Shown: positions 39,653-51,173, numbered from the stretch's first letter. The stretch is DNA of 64,000 nucleotides from an uncultured Spirochaetota bacterium (GCA_963835575.1 CAWIGG010000002.1:960001-1024000), one strand, 5' to 3'. The notes: generated from the letters alone by a model not told the origin. Program-made: numbers and translations.

Positions 39653-42600
39653 ATGAGCATGAGCGATCTTTCGCCGCAAAATTCCAAGTCTAATGAGAAC
39701 GAAGGAATTATTTATTCCATCCATGTCCCGCTGATCATCGAAGCCTCGGCCGGAAGCGGCAAAACAACAATTCTTGTCAAAAGATATATCGCCGTTCTCA
39801 TCTACCTTCTCGCTGTCGAAAAGAGGAGCGCGTTTGAAGCCGTGAAAGAAATAGTAGCGCTGACATTTACCAGAAAAGCGGCCGGGGAAATGAAAGACAG
39901 GATCAGAAGGATTATTGAGGAAAAATTTTCGCTTTCCTACCTGATGGAAGCGCTGTCAAATCTGGAGACTTATAATAAAATCCGGATCACTGGCCATGAA
40001 TCCGTCTGCGCGGAAATTCTTATGCAGAAGGAAAGCCTTCAAAGCGCCCTGAGCTCCGCTTCCATTTCGACGATCCACTCTTTCGGGCTGAATATCCTCC
40101 GGTCCCATCCGGTGGAAACAGAACTGGACCCGTCCGCTTCCCCTCAGGACAATACGGGGACGGCTGATATGGGCATGACGGCCAAAGACGCTTTTTTTAA
40201 AACAATAAGGAAACTCATCGATTCGCGGAACAAGGATTTTTCCTTGTTGATCCAGGTCCTTGGTTATGAGAGCTGTGAAAAAATTCTGATGGATTTGATG
40301 AAAACGGCTGATTCCTATGGAATGGATGTCCTGCATGATATTATTAAAAGAAGCCGTTATCTGGAATATGAAACAGAAAATTCTATTGATGAATGGATGG
40401 AAAAGAAAGCAAAGCCCGTTCTTAAAAAAATTCCTGAAGCTCTCAATGGTATCAAAGAAAGTATCAGGAAAAACGCCCTGCCTGCCGTGGAAGAAACAAT
40501 CGGAAAAATTGAAAAAGCGTTAGAACTCAGTCAGGCATCGGATCTTTTTCATGCCGATGTTTATTATGATAAAGGAAGCAAGGTTGTCAAGGAAGCGGTA
40601 GAGGATTTGTACGGCAGTTACGCGCTGGAACTGCATAAGCCTTTATTTTCTTTTCTCTGGCGCGCTTTTAAGATTATTTATGATTCTTATGAGGTTTTAA
40701 AAAGGGAAAGAAAGGAAATCTCTTTCAGCGATATAGAAAACAAGCTTTTAAGCTCGTTTAATAATAACGGAGACCTGGTTGCTGATGTAAAAAAATCAAT
40801 CCGTTATCTCCTGATCGACGAATTCCAGGACACGAGCGATATACAGAAAGAGATATTCGACAGGCTGATTTATAATGAAAAAAGGGAATTGTCGCTCATT
40901 CCATTTATAGTCGGCGACCCGAAGCAGTCGATTTACGGGTTCCGGAACGCCAATATTGAGATATTCGAGAATACAAAAAATGCATTTAAAGAATATCAGG
41001 GCCGTTATCCGTCGGCTACTTATATTGAGCTTGATAAGAACTACCGTTCAGATGGGAACCTGGTCGCCGGATTTAACCGGATCTTTGAGGATATTTTTAA
41101 GGACGGAAATATCGCCTATCACATCCAGACAGCCGGCCGTGAAAACGGGCCGAAAGAAAGAGGCGTTTTTTTCGTTCCGGCGCGCGGCGGTAAAACGGAT
41201 GAAATTGTGCGTAATTCATGCCGCGACGCGGCATGCCTGATCGCTGAACTGGTCAATTCAGGCTCTTACAAGCCGATGGACATCATGGTGCTGATACGGA
41301 AGGGCACAAAACTTTCGCTGTTAAGAGAAAGCTTTGAGGAAATCCTGGGGGCGCAGGGAATACCTTATTTCAATATCGACAGCTCCAATATATTGGAGGC
41401 GCCTGAAATACAGGATATTATCATCTATCTTCAGGCGCTGGAAAACCCGTCCAGCAATTTCTATTTTCTGCCGCTCTTGAAAACGCCTTTCTTCAGAAAA
41501 ACCGATCCGGAAATAGCGGAGCTTCTGAGAAATAATCCCTCTTTATATGAGGCCCTTAACGGGACGAATGACCCGGAAATGGAAATATTCAATGATATAC
41601 GCCGGAAAAAAAACAGAGTCAATATCGCCGACCTGGCAGAAGAGATCATCGGCCGGAGCGGTTATTTTTCCTTTCTTACCACACTGCCGCATAAGAAGGA
41701 AGCCTCGACAAACGCGGTTGTATTTCTGGATTACCTCCGGAGGCTTCAGACTTCTGAAATGTTTAATTTGACAGACTTCCTGTATTATCTGCAGGAATAC
41801 GGCATAACGCTGGCAAAACCGCAGGTCATCGGAGAAAAAAGCAATGTCGTCAAGGTGATGACGGTGCATTCATCAAAAGGCCTGGAATCCAGGGCCGTGA
41901 TTTATATCGCCACTTCCGGCGGGGGGAACAGGTCTTCTGAAATTATAGTGTCCCGCGGCGGAAGGGACCGGTATCTGGGAATGAATATTTTTTGTCCCGA
42001 CCGGAATTATACCAGGCTTGCGGAATTTAAAAAGGGATCGGAAGCCGAAGAGGAAAAACGACTGGCTTATGTCACTTTTACAAGGGCGGAGGAACTGTTT
42101 TATTATATCGGTGCAGATAATCTGGCTGAAAGAAATGAAAAGGGAAAAATAGACAGGGACGAAAGGGATGGAAAAGACGGCTGGGGGAATTTCATCAACC
42201 TGAAAAAGGAATTTGTCTCGGGACGGATGATAAAGGTCCCGGAAATTAAGAGCAGAGTTAAATCGGAAAATAATATTGATCTGTTGAGGAAAAAGGTATC
42301 GGATAAATATGAGCTTCTCAAAAAGAATGAGGAAAAATTAAAGTATGCCTCTTTTCCGCTTTTTGTTACAATAACCCAGCTTCTCGATATAGAATTTCTT
42401 GAGGCGGCTTTTAAAAAACGCTATATTGACAAGTCTTTTCCGGTCGATGAGGCCCTGAATGAAATAGCGCATTCGGATGATGTGTTTCAGGAGAACGCGC
42501 GCGCCGACGAAGGCACTTTTCTTCACAGAGTTTTTCAATACTCGGACGATAGCTCTTATCCGGAATATATAGAACAGAATATAGAATATGAGAGCGGAGT

Positions 42601-43030
42601 TCAGCCGCTTAAAAAAGACAGTATTATTAAAAAAGCCGAAGCGTTTTTTACAAGCGCTTTTTATCAGAAGTATTATTCCAGCGCAAACCGGAGCTATTCC
42701 GAATGGGAACTCAATTATCCTTTTGAATACAGCGGCTTTTCTATTCTGATTAAGGGCGCGATAGACAGGTATATCCTGCTCGAGCCGGATTACGGCGTCA
42801 TTGTGGACTATAAATTGAAAGTGCATTCCGGAATGGACCGTTATGCCCGGCAGCTTAATTATTACGCTTTTATATTAACCGAACTGGGTTATCAGGTCCG
42901 GGAGCTCTATCTTTACGATATCGAAGAAGGGCTTGCCATATCAGTTGAGAAAAACACAAGCGATATAAAAAAGATCATTACTCAAAATCTTACACGGATG
43001 AAGCAATATTTTTTGCCTGCTATATTTTAA
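39653..43030 (+). CDS. addA: AddA/RecB-like UvrD helicase with C-terminal PD-(D/E)XK nuclease
   Basis: EASAGSGKT, LTFTRKAA.EMK.RI, STIHSF, DEFQDT, VGDPKQSIYGFR, NYRS, MTVH.SKGLE, G.ID...IVDYK..QL..Y. Confidence 0.85.
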   Translation: MSMSDLSPQNSKSNENEGIIYSIHVPLIIEASAGSGKTTILVKRYIAVLIYLLAVEKRSAFEAVKEIVALTFTRKAAGEMKDRIRRIIEEKFSLSYLMEALSNLETYNKIRITGHESVCAEILMQKESLQSALSSASISTIHSFGLNILRSHPVETELDPSASPQDNTGTADMGMTAKDAFFKTIRKLIDSRNKDFSLLIQVLGYESCEKILMDLMKTADSYGMDVLHDIIKRSRYLEYETENSIDEWMEKKAKPVLKKIPEALNGIKESIRKNALPAVEETIGKIEKALELSQASDLFHADVYYDKGSKVVKEAVEDLYGSYALELHKPLFSFLWRAFKIIYDSYEVLKRERKEISFSDIENKLLSSFNNNGDLVADVKKSIRYLLIDEFQDTSDIQKEIFDRLIYNEKRELSLIPFIVGDPKQSIYGFRNANIEIFENTKNAFKEYQGRYPSATYIELDKNYRSDGNLVAGFNRIFEDIFKDGNIAYHIQTAGRENGPKERGVFFVPARGGKTDEIVRNSCRDAACLIAELVNSGSYKPMDIMVLIRKGTKLSLLRESFEEILGAQGIPYFNIDSSNILEAPEIQDIIIYLQALENPSSNFYFLPLLKTPFFRKTDPEIAELLRNNPSLYEALNGTNDPEMEIFNDIRRKKNRVNIADLAEEIIGRSGYFSFLTTLPHKKEASTNAVVFLDYLRRLQTSEMFNLTDFLYYLQEYGITLAKPQVIGEKSNVVKVMTVHSSKGLESRAVIYIATSGGGNRSSEIIVSRGGRDRYLGMNIFCPDRNYTRLAEFKKGSEAEEEKRLAYVTFTRAEELFYYIGADNLAERNEKGKIDRDERDGKDGWGNFINLKKEFVSGRMIKVPEIKSRVKSENNIDLLRKKVSDKYELLKKNEEKLKYASFPLFVTITQLLDIEFLEAAFKKRYIDKSFPVDEALNEIAHSDDVFQENARADEGTFLHRVFQYSDDSSYPEYIEQNIEYESGVQPLKKDSIIKKAEAFFTSAFYQKYYSSANRSYSEWELNYPFEYSGFSILIKGAIDRYILLEPDYGVIVDYKLKVHSGMDRYARQLNYYAFILTELGYQVRELYLYDIEEGLAISVEKNTSDIKKIITQNLTRMKQYFLPAIF

Positions 43031-43227
43031 ACCTGAGGCTGTTTAATTAGCCGACCTTTTTTATTTATTCTCATTTAAAACATAGAAAAAAATTCTGCAG
43101 AAAATAAGTCTTCAGGATTACAACCGCTGCCGAATTATCAGCCTGCTGCCGGCAGTCCTTAATATCTATATTGCTTTTTGCAATATTTTATTCAGTTCAT
43201 TATAATTCTTCCTATCAGTAGGAGTAT

Positions 43228-43889
43228 ATGCAAAAAATATCAGTGATTTGTTTATTACTATTTATCTATTTTCCATTGTTTTCAAGTACTTATTATTTTC
43301 AGGAAATTATTGGAAATGAAAAAAAAGTTTATTCGGTAATCGAAATTATCGATTCCAATCAAAACAGGCTGCTGATTCAGACTAATGATAGGGAATCGTT
43401 TTATGTTTATTGCACAGCAGATTATAAGACGGTTAGATTTGAATATTTTAATAGTAATGAAAACCGCTCAATTACGTCTGATATAAACAAAAATAATCTC
43501 TATTTACATATAAACCGAAACGGTATAAAAGAGGAAAAATATTTAAAATTGACGGATGCCCATGGTACCAATCCATAGATTTCGGATTATCAGATTTTGT
43601 TTTATCAGCCAATGACTCACGGGAATTCTGGATTGTAAACCCGACTGATAGTTCAGTTATTAAGATGATAGCTTATAGAGGAAAAGAGGAACTCTTAAAA
43701 ACCGGGGATTTTACGGTTCCGGCTGTAAAGGTAAAGGTGACCCTTCCCGGGTTATTATCTATTTTCTGGAGCATGGATTATTGGTATAATTATAACGATG
43801 GAACGATTATTAAAATTGAGGGAAAATCAAAAGGGCCTGGAAGCATGGATTCTCTGACTGAATTGATAAAAATTGAGAAAGAAAATTAA
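43228..43889 (+). pseudogene. exported hypothetical protein with a single-base frameshift near 43560
   Basis: Adding one C to GCCC gives LTDAPWYQSIDFGLS... continuous with ORF 43665-43889; AGGAG SD and signal peptide. Confidence 0.7.
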
Positions 43890-44609
43890 ATGATTAAATT
43901 GATTTCAGAAAGAAGAATTCAAGAAGACTGGAAGATTTCTGTTATTTTGTTTATTTTGCTTTTTATATTATTTGATATTTTGGTTTTATGCAGAATACCA
44001 TCCTATTTATTTGGAATTATAATATTTTTACATTTAATAGGAACTCTTATTTTAGTCAAAAAAAAATATTGGACTGAAATCGGTTTTAACAAACCGGCAG
44101 GTTTGAAGTATATTGTTATTGGCTCTCTTTTAGCGGTTCTATATGTTATTCTCGTATTCCTGTTTTTAAAACTGTTATTCGGCTTTACAGACGGCAACTA
44201 TTTATTTTTGATGGCAAAAAGTCAATTGGCCTTCGGCGTTATCAATAAAACAAATGCCTGGACTTATTTTCCGATGGCCGCCATCGGTTATATGATAACC
44301 AGCCCTTTATGCGAGGAACCGTTTTACAGAGGTTTGCTGTTCAACAGTTTCAGAAAATCATTTTCTCCGGCTTTATCAATAACTCTGCAGGCGGTCTTTT
44401 TCGGGTTAATTCATGTCCCATATTTTTTAATGTTCTCTTTTAAACCGCAAATCCTATTTTCGATACCTTTTATTATGATAGCCGGGCTGATTAACGGCTG
44501 GGCGTCTCATAAGACCCATTCCATCTGGAGCTGCAGTATAGTTCACGCTGCCGGTAATTTTATTCATATTCTATTTATATATTTATTTATCATACCGGTA
44601 ATCGGATAG
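43890..44609 (+). CDS. CPBP (CAAX/Abi) family intramembrane protease
   Basis: EE..YRG, F...H, H...N motifs; multiple TM helices. Confidence 0.9.
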   Translation: MIKLISERRIQEDWKISVILFILLFILFDILVLCRIPSYLFGIIIFLHLIGTLILVKKKYWTEIGFNKPAGLKYIVIGSLLAVLYVILVFLFLKLLFGFTDGNYLFLMAKSQLAFGVINKTNAWTYFPMAAIGYMITSPLCEEPFYRGLLFNSFRKSFSPALSITLQAVFFGLIHVPYFLMFSFKPQILFSIPFIMIAGLINGWASHKTHSIWSCSIVHAAGNFIHILFIYLFIIPVIG

Positions 44610-44770
44610 AAAGAACATATGAAAGCATCTAACTAAAGCAAGCTGGTACATAGAGCGGATTTCGCCCCTGAATTGTTATTCCAGATCGTAAAAAAACCGT
44701 TTTAAAAGCCGCGTAAATTATAATATGTGTCATTTTCCTGCGGCATTGAATTAAAAGGGGAATTTTTTAT

Positions 44771-45019
44771 ATAAAAAAGTGGTTAGTATTTTTAATTCTC
44801 ATCATATCCGTAATCCCGGCATTCGCTTCTTCTGGACCTGGAGAAAAATTGTTACTCGCGGCATAAAATGGGGGATGTTTCTTTTCTTGCAGAATATAAA
44901 GGTGATGTCAATGAGGCAAGCGAAGAGGAGCTTGAAATTCAGGTCCAAAAAGACACCGGGCAGATAAAAGATTTGATCAATGGCAATCTTGAAAAGATGC
45001 GGAAGTATTTTGTTTCGTA
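44771..45019 (+). pseudogene. decayed exported (ankyrin-like?) gene remnant
   Basis: Signal-like KKWLVFLILIISVIPAFA, then LLLAA-stop-NG, a frameshift in a G run, then GDVNEA. Confidence 0.3.
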
Positions 45020-45044
45020 AACGGATGATTAATCCTGCCATTTA

Positions 45045-46256
45045 TTAATACACTGGAATCAGTCCGAGGTTTTCACCCGTGATGCATCGGCCTCCCTTCG
45101 GGGTCACAAGGAATGTGTTTTCAATCCCCACCATGCCGATATCTTTAATTCCCTTTTTAGGCTCAAGCGCAAAAGCCATCCCTTCCTCGATCGGTTCTTT
45201 AAACCCCTCGGCGATGACCGGCAACTCATCAATCTGAAGACCGATCCCATGGCCGAGGAACTTTACCGTACGGTTTCCATAACCCATAAAGTTATTCAGG
45301 AAATCAGGATCAAGCTTATTAATAATAGTTTTATAAATTTCTTCCGGTACTGCGCCGGGTTTCAGCATTGCCGCGGCCTCGTTCTGTATTTCAACACATT
45401 GACGGTGGGCGCTTATGACTTCTTCAGGAAGCTTCCTGCCGAACATATATGTCATGGTTTTGTCTGTATGATAGCCGTCCACCCCGCACCCGATATCGAT
45501 AAAGACCAGGTCGCCCTTTTTCAGCTTTCGTTCGCGGCTTCCCAATAACGGGACTGCCGGGCCCATCCCATAATTGCCGCCCGGGCCGTTAAAATAAGTC
45601 GGATAGACAGAGCTTTCACCGAAGCCGATCTGTCCCAGGACCAGTTCAGTGTCGAACATACCGAACCGGGCCACGCCATGATGTCCTTCCCTGATCATGA
45701 TGGAATAAATCTCCGCGGACAGGTCTGCCTCGTTCATACCTTCCTTGAGGATTAAGGGCACAATATCTTCCAGCACCCGGCGGTGTATTTTGCCTGCCTT
45801 TTCCATCAGGGCAAGTTCATATGGGCTTTTAACGGCCCTCACGGCGGAAACCTGCATATCGAGGGATTTGACTTCCTTGAAAGGAAAATATTTCCGGAAA
45901 CGCTGGTAGAGCGCCAGCGGCACTATCTCTGTCTCCATGTAAATTGTTTCAGAAATATTACCGGCTGCCGCCGCTGCGTCGCGGAATCCGGCCATCTGCC
46001 TGATATCCGTGAAGAGGGATTCATCCATCGCCCGTTCATAGCTCCGGCGCACCCAGTACACAGCGCCGCCGCCGCGCCTGATCAACAGCATGCCGTCCTG
46101 CATTGTCCCGGTAAAATAATACTGGTTGATCTTGCAGAAAATGACGGCCGTCTCCCAGTCCGGATTTGACGAATCCATAATTGCCAGAAAGCGGCTCATG
46201 CGGGTCTGCAGTTCGGATAGAGGGACTTTGTTATTAATATTCATTATATTTTCCAA
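45045..46256 (-). CDS. M24 family Xaa-Pro peptidase-like protein
   Basis: R.VKS..E, DIG...GY.TD.T, GHGIGL..DE.P, EPK, GIEN. Confidence 0.9.
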   Translation of the reverse strand: MENIMNINNKVPLSELQTRMSRFLAIMDSSNPDWETAVIFCKINQYYFTGTMQDGMLLIRRGGGAVYWVRRSYERAMDESLFTDIRQMAGFRDAAAAAGNISETIYMETEIVPLALYQRFRKYFPFKEVKSLDMQVSAVRAVKSPYELALMEKAGKIHRRVLEDIVPLILKEGMNEADLSAEIYSIMIREGHHGVARFGMFDTELVLGQIGFGESSVYPTYFNGPGGNYGMGPAVPLLGSRERKLKKGDLVFIDIGCGVDGYHTDKTMTYMFGRKLPEEVISAHRQCVEIQNEAAAMLKPGAVPEEIYKTIINKLDPDFLNNFMGYGNRTVKFLGHGIGLQIDELPVIAEGFKEPIEEGMAFALEPKKGIKDIGMVGIENTFLVTPKGGRCITGENLGLIPVY

Positions 46257-46286
46257 TAAATATTATTTATAGATTTTCTTAAATAT

Positions 46287-46440
46287 TCCGCTAAGCCACG
46301 CGAATACACGCTAATATGATTAGATTATTATTCTATTTCAATAATATTTACATTGAAGGTATGCTGGTTGAAGTCAATTAAGTGTTTAATGATTTATATC
46401 TTTCCTTTTTTATTCGCGTCAATTCGCGTGAATTAGCGGA
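46287..46440. repeat. inverted pair of short-period CGC(G/T)AA repeats, copy 1
   Basis: TCCGCTAAGCCACGCGAATACACGCTAATA (46287-316) versus inverted arm 46411-440 (25/30). Confidence 0.8.
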
Positions 46441-46452
46441 TTACCAGACTAT

Positions 46453-47247
46453 TTATAATTCCTGATGGAAAATCTGGTCTTCGGAGGGAAAAATTCCTCC
46501 CTTGACTTCCTCAATATAGCTTTTAACAGCTTTCTTGATGACACGGTACAAATTGGCGTATTTTTTATTATGTTTAAATTCCGTTTCATTGTCCATTCCC
46601 AGCATGTCGGTGATAACAAGGACCTGGCCGTCGGTATACCGGCCGGCGCCGATGCCGATTGTCGGGATTGAAATGCTTTCCGTAACGGTTTTAGCCGCTT
46701 CTTCAGCCGTGCCTTCGATGACAAGCGCGAACGCTCCGGCTTCTTCCAGCGCTTTCGCGTCGGCCGTCAGGATTTCCGTCTCATTTTTTGTTCTGCCCAT
46801 GATCCTGTGCCCGAAGCGCCGGACGGACTGCGGTTTGAGGCCTATATGCCCCATTACGGGTATGCCGATCTGAGTGATCGCGGAAACAACCGGCGCCAGC
46901 GCCGAGCCTCCTTCCAGCTTGACGGCGTTCGCGCCCGCTTCCTTCAGACATCGGCCGGCGTTATGCACGCTTTCCTCAAGCGACGCGCCGTAGCTTAAAA
47001 ACGGCATATCAGCGATGATAAAGGATTCCGGCGCGCCCCTCCTTACCGCTTTTGTATGGTAAATCAATTCATCCATTGTGACGGGAAGCGTGTTCTCATG
47101 GCCGGAAAAAACCATGCCGAAAGAATCGCCGACAAGGATGATGTCCATATTCAATTCCTGGAGAATGCGGGCCGTCAGGAAATCATAGGCTGTGAGCATC
47201 GCTATTTTCTCTTTATTTTTGAGGGACAGGATTTTACTGACTGTCAT
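46453..47247 (-). CDS. panB: 3-methyl-2-oxobutanoate hydroxymethyltransferase
   Basis: MLTAYD, LVGDS, ADMPF, AVKLEGG, HIGL.PQ, IGIGAG..DGQVLV. Confidence 0.97.
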   Translation of the reverse strand: MTVSKILSLKNKEKIAMLTAYDFLTARILQELNMDIILVGDSFGMVFSGHENTLPVTMDELIYHTKAVRRGAPESFIIADMPFLSYGASLEESVHNAGRCLKEAGANAVKLEGGSALAPVVSAITQIGIPVMGHIGLKPQSVRRFGHRIMGRTKNETEILTADAKALEEAGAFALVIEGTAEEAAKTVTESISIPTIGIGAGRYTDGQVLVITDMLGMDNETEFKHNKKYANLYRVIKKAVKSYIEEVKGGIFPSEDQIFHQEL

Positions 47248-47264
47248 ATTGCGCCTCTTTAATT

Positions 47265-49901
47265 CTAATATTTTAAAATCAGCCTGTTGACCGGTGTTAT
47301 CACGGCCAGGCCTATGATAATAAGCCAGAGCTTATAATCAAGGATCGGTACTGTATTGAATATAATATTAAACGGTCCGATATAGATCAGGCAGACGATC
47401 ATGGAAAGCGTGACGACTGACGAAATATGAAGCAGGGGATTGGGTTTGAAAAACTTCTCGAAAAGAGTGCCTTCCCTTAAAATAAAAATGGAAATCTGCG
47501 GAGAAAGCAGTGTCACGGCGAAAGCCGCGGTCTGGGCCGCCGCTTTATCTTTTGTAAGCCGGTAAGTGATGATATAGCCCATCATAATGCAGAGGCCGAA
47601 AATAAAGCCGTCCAGGACCATATGGAACCGGTCCCTGCTGCTGATGAGAGGGTCGGATGCCTTTACGGGCTTTCTATTCATGATGCTTTTATCGGAAGGG
47701 TCAACGCTGATACCGACGCTGGGCAGGGTTTCCATAATGATGTTGGACCAGAGGATCTGGATCGGGCCCAGGACCGCCGGGAACCCCAGGACCGGCATCA
47801 ACAGCACGGCCATGGCTTTACCGATATTATTAGTGATCAGATAGCGCACAAGCTTTTTTATGTTCTGAAAAAGGGTCCTGCCTTCTTTTATCGCTGCGAC
47901 AATGACGTTAAAATTATCATCGGCAAGGATAATATCCGCCGCTTCCTGTGAAACCTGGGTGCCGGCCCTTCCCATAGCGATCCCGACATCCGATTTTTTT
48001 AAAGCCGGCGCGTCGTTCACGCCGTCGCCCGTCATGGCGACGATATGGTCTTTCATGCGGAGTTTGTCGACAATCCTGAGTTTATCGAGCGGAGCTACCC
48101 TTGAATAAACGCGGAGGTGCTCGACCTGGGATGAGAAATCATTTTCGGAAAGGGCTTCGAGCTCCCTTCCTTCAATGACTTCGCTCTGGTCTGACGCTAT
48201 GCCGACGCTTTCGGCTATTGAAAAGGCCGTTTTCTTGCTGTCGCCTGTGATCATCACGACCTGGATATTCGCGTTATGTGTTTCTTCTATAACATGCCTG
48301 ACTTCGTCTTTCGGAGGGTCGTAAAGCGACGCGGCGCCCAGAAATGTCAGGCGGAAAATCATTTTACTGTTGAGTTTGTATTCTGCGCCTTCATTGATTT
48401 TTTTTGCGAACCCGATAATCCGGAAGCCTTTTTCGGCGCGGGTCGAAAGCTCTTTGAGGATGGACTGTCTGCGGTTTTCGTCCAGCGGTTTTATTTTTCC
48501 CTCCGAGTGATAAAAAGAACAGAATGAAAGGATTTTATCCGGCGCGCCTTTTAAATAAATGCCTCTCCTGCCGGAAGCGTCTGTTATGAGGCTCGCGGAA
48601 TACATATTTTCGGACGAAAAAGGAATGCTGTCGTCGATCAGGTGCTTTTCGAAATGGGCCGGCTTATAACCCATAATGATGCCCGCTTTGATCAGGGATG
48701 TTTCCGTCGGGTCTCCCATTTCCTTGATTATTGTCCCGTTTTCTTCTATCACCCTGGCGCTGGAGCATTTTACCGATGTCAGGAATATGTCATGAATAAT
48801 TTCTGTTTTTCCTTCGGCTATCATTTTCAGCAGATCGGAATTCACCAGGAATTTATCCTCTATATAATATTCCCTGGCCGACATATTATGCTGGGTGATC
48901 GTACCCGTTTTATCGGTGCAGATATAATCAACGCTGCCCAGTGTTTCGACGGAGGAGAGCTTTTTTATAATGACGGATTCTTTCGCCAGCCTTTCAACGG
49001 CAAGAGAGAGCGCGATGGTGATCGAAGCCGGAAGGCCTTCGGGAAAAACAGCCACCATGATGCTGATGGCGATAAGAATGGCCTCTTTTATTTCCATGCT
49101 TCTGAGAATGCTGACCAATAGGACCAGTACGGCCGAGAAGAAAGCAAGCCCGACGAGGAATTTGATTTCCCTGATCATTCTTTTCTGCAGGGGCGTTTTT
49201 TCCTCTTCCGCTTCCTGTATATTGACCGCGATCTTTCCCATTTCGGTCAGAATTCCGGTACGGATGATGAGGGCCTTGCCTGTGCCGTTCAGCACCTTGC
49301 TTCCGGCAAAAAGGATATTCTTCATCTCATAAGGCTTAAGGTTCTTTTTGTTAATTGCCCTGTTGTTTTTGGATATCGGCTCGCTCTCTCCGGTCAGGTG
49401 GGCTTCGTCGACAAGCGCGCTCTGCGACTCGGTGATGCGGCAGTCGGCCGGTATGATATCCCCGGCTTCAAATACGATCAGGTCGCCGGGTACGAGGAAT
49501 TTTGACGGGACAATATCGAAATCCCCGTCACGGATTACTTTAAACTGGGGCGACAGGATTTTTTTCAACTCCTCGACGGCTTTTTCAGCCTTATTATCCT
49601 GAATGATGCTGATTATGGTGTTGATGACGACAACTCCCATAATGGCTATTGCCTCGATAAAGTCTTTAATGGCAAAGGCAAAAATGGACGCGCCGATCAG
49701 GATCAGGCCCATCGGCTCGATCAGGCTGGCGATAAGCTTTTCAATAAGGCTTTTCTTCCGCGCTTCATGAATTTCATTCAAGCCGTACTTTTTAAGCGCG
49801 TCCCCGGCCGCTTTTCTGGAAAGTCCGTTCTTTGTGCTGGACAGTTCATCGAAAACCTTTTTTACGTCAAGGGTATAAAAGAAGGAAATATCATTTTTCA
49901 T
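47265..49901 (-). CDS. cation-transporting P-type ATPase (Ca2+/P2A-like)
   Basis: TGES, PEGL, DKTGT, KGAP, TGDS, GDGVNDAP, QILW.N. Confidence 0.93.
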   Translation of the reverse strand: MKNDISFFYTLDVKKVFDELSSTKNGLSRKAAGDALKKYGLNEIHEARKKSLIEKLIASLIEPMGLILIGASIFAFAIKDFIEAIAIMGVVVINTIISIIQDNKAEKAVEELKKILSPQFKVIRDGDFDIVPSKFLVPGDLIVFEAGDIIPADCRITESQSALVDEAHLTGESEPISKNNRAINKKNLKPYEMKNILFAGSKVLNGTGKALIIRTGILTEMGKIAVNIQEAEEEKTPLQKRMIREIKFLVGLAFFSAVLVLLVSILRSMEIKEAILIAISIMVAVFPEGLPASITIALSLAVERLAKESVIIKKLSSVETLGSVDYICTDKTGTITQHNMSAREYYIEDKFLVNSDLLKMIAEGKTEIIHDIFLTSVKCSSARVIEENGTIIKEMGDPTETSLIKAGIIMGYKPAHFEKHLIDDSIPFSSENMYSASLITDASGRRGIYLKGAPDKILSFCSFYHSEGKIKPLDENRRQSILKELSTRAEKGFRIIGFAKKINEGAEYKLNSKMIFRLTFLGAASLYDPPKDEVRHVIEETHNANIQVVMITGDSKKTAFSIAESVGIASDQSEVIEGRELEALSENDFSSQVEHLRVYSRVAPLDKLRIVDKLRMKDHIVAMTGDGVNDAPALKKSDVGIAMGRAGTQVSQEAADIILADDNFNVIVAAIKEGRTLFQNIKKLVRYLITNNIGKAMAVLLMPVLGFPAVLGPIQILWSNIIMETLPSVGISVDPSDKSIMNRKPVKASDPLISSRDRFHMVLDGFIFGLCIMMGYIITYRLTKDKAAAQTAAFAVTLLSPQISIFILREGTLFEKFFKPNPLLHISSVVTLSMIVCLIYIGPFNIIFNTVPILDYKLWLIIIGLAVITPVNRLILKY

Positions 49902-50017
49902 TCTTTGTCCTTATTGGGAATAATCAGCCACAGAATTTCACAGAAAAACACGGAAATTAATAATAAATCTTTTTATACAAAAACTAATAATAAAGAGCCC
50001 AATAAATCAGAATATTT

Positions 50018-50128
50018 CAGGATTTCGAAGGATTCTCAGGATTTTATTAAATGCTGCGGTTCTTATCTTCTGAACAACATTACATTTTTAAATCCTGTAA
50101 AATCAGGATTTATCCTGGAAATCCTGAT
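50018..50128. repeat. inverted short-period AGGATT / AATCCTG repeats
   Basis: CAGGATTTCGAAGGATTCTCAGGATT ... AATCCTGTAAAATCAGGATTTATCCTGGAAATCCTG. Confidence 0.55.
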
Positions 50129-50264
50129 TAATTGGGGTAATAAAACCAGCCTATCTTCAAATTATTCAGTGCAAGCACAAAAAAATAATAGTTTTTACAT
50201 CGGTACAATTCCGTGTCTAAAAATTATATTATATTCAATATTTTAATGGGATTTTTCAAATTTA

Positions 50265-51167
50265 TCAACTATGGCTCTGGCAGAGGGTGTCGGCATTATG
50301 GTATTTTTCCGTTTCCGGCTGGAAGAGGGTGTGCGTCACGCCGAATTCCGCCAGCTCGCAGCGGAGCGCCTCGAATAAAATCTCGATCTTTCCGAGACTG
50401 ACCCTGCTGTCCAGCACGAGGTGCGCAGAAAAAAGAAGGTCCTGTGAAGAGGGCTGTATGATATGGATATCGTGGATGCTTTTAATTTCTTTATGCTTGA
50501 GTATCCGCCTGACAATGCCCTTCAGATTATTAGGCGCCGCGTCCATCAGGCTGAAGAAAGTTTTTTTGAAGATCCCCAGGGATTGATAAATGATAAATAA
50601 AGAAAACAGTATTGTAATGATCGGGTCAATAATGGGAATATTTAGAAATAAGATCAGGACTCCTGCTATAACAACGCCGATCGAGAAGCCCGCGTCGCTT
50701 AAAAGATGCAGGTAAGAGGCGGCTATGTTCATATCTTCATGCCTTTCCTCATGTGTGTGATCTTTATGTTGATGTTTTGCGCCACGGAGTAAATAAGCCG
50801 ATGCGGCGTTAGCGAAAAAGGCGGTAAGCGCGGCAATGATCATGTATATACTGCCGACAGGCGACGGATTGAGGATTTTTGTCGCGGCTTCCCAGATGAT
50901 AAATCCCATGGTGAATAATAAAAAAATGGAATGGACAAAACCGGCCATCATTTCTGAGCGGATATAGCCGTATGTCATTGCCCTTGACGCTTTCTTTTCA
51001 CTGAATATAAAGGCGATCAAAGCGATGATGAGCGTCAGAACGTCCCCCAGGTTATGGAGAGCGTCGGCTATGAGAGCCGTGGAATTGGCAAGATTACCGA
51101 AAATGATCTCGCCGATGACAATGAGGCTGTTGAGAGCGATTACCGTAAAAAATTTAGGCTTATTCAT
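50265..51167 (-). CDS. cation diffusion facilitator (CzcD/ZitB-like)
   Basis: ADALHNLGD, TYGY.R.E, His-rich loop, HLLSD, IHDIH, H...QPE. Confidence 0.92.
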   Translation of the reverse strand: MNKPKFFTVIALNSLIVIGEIIFGNLANSTALIADALHNLGDVLTLIIALIAFIFSEKKASRAMTYGYIRSEMMAGFVHSIFLLFTMGFIIWEAATKILNPSPVGSIYMIIAALTAFFANAASAYLLRGAKHQHKDHTHEERHEDMNIAASYLHLLSDAGFSIGVVIAGVLILFLNIPIIDPIITILFSLFIIYQSLGIFKKTFFSLMDAAPNNLKGIVRRILKHKEIKSIHDIHIIQPSSQDLLFSAHLVLDSRVSLGKIEILFEALRCELAEFGVTHTLFQPETEKYHNADTLCQSHS

Positions 51168-51173
51168 AATGTT

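Noticed and set aside
44635..44647. 13-nt match (AAAGCAAGCTGGT) to the candidate sRNA stem
   Set aside because: Single arm with no partner or loop; compatible with chance.
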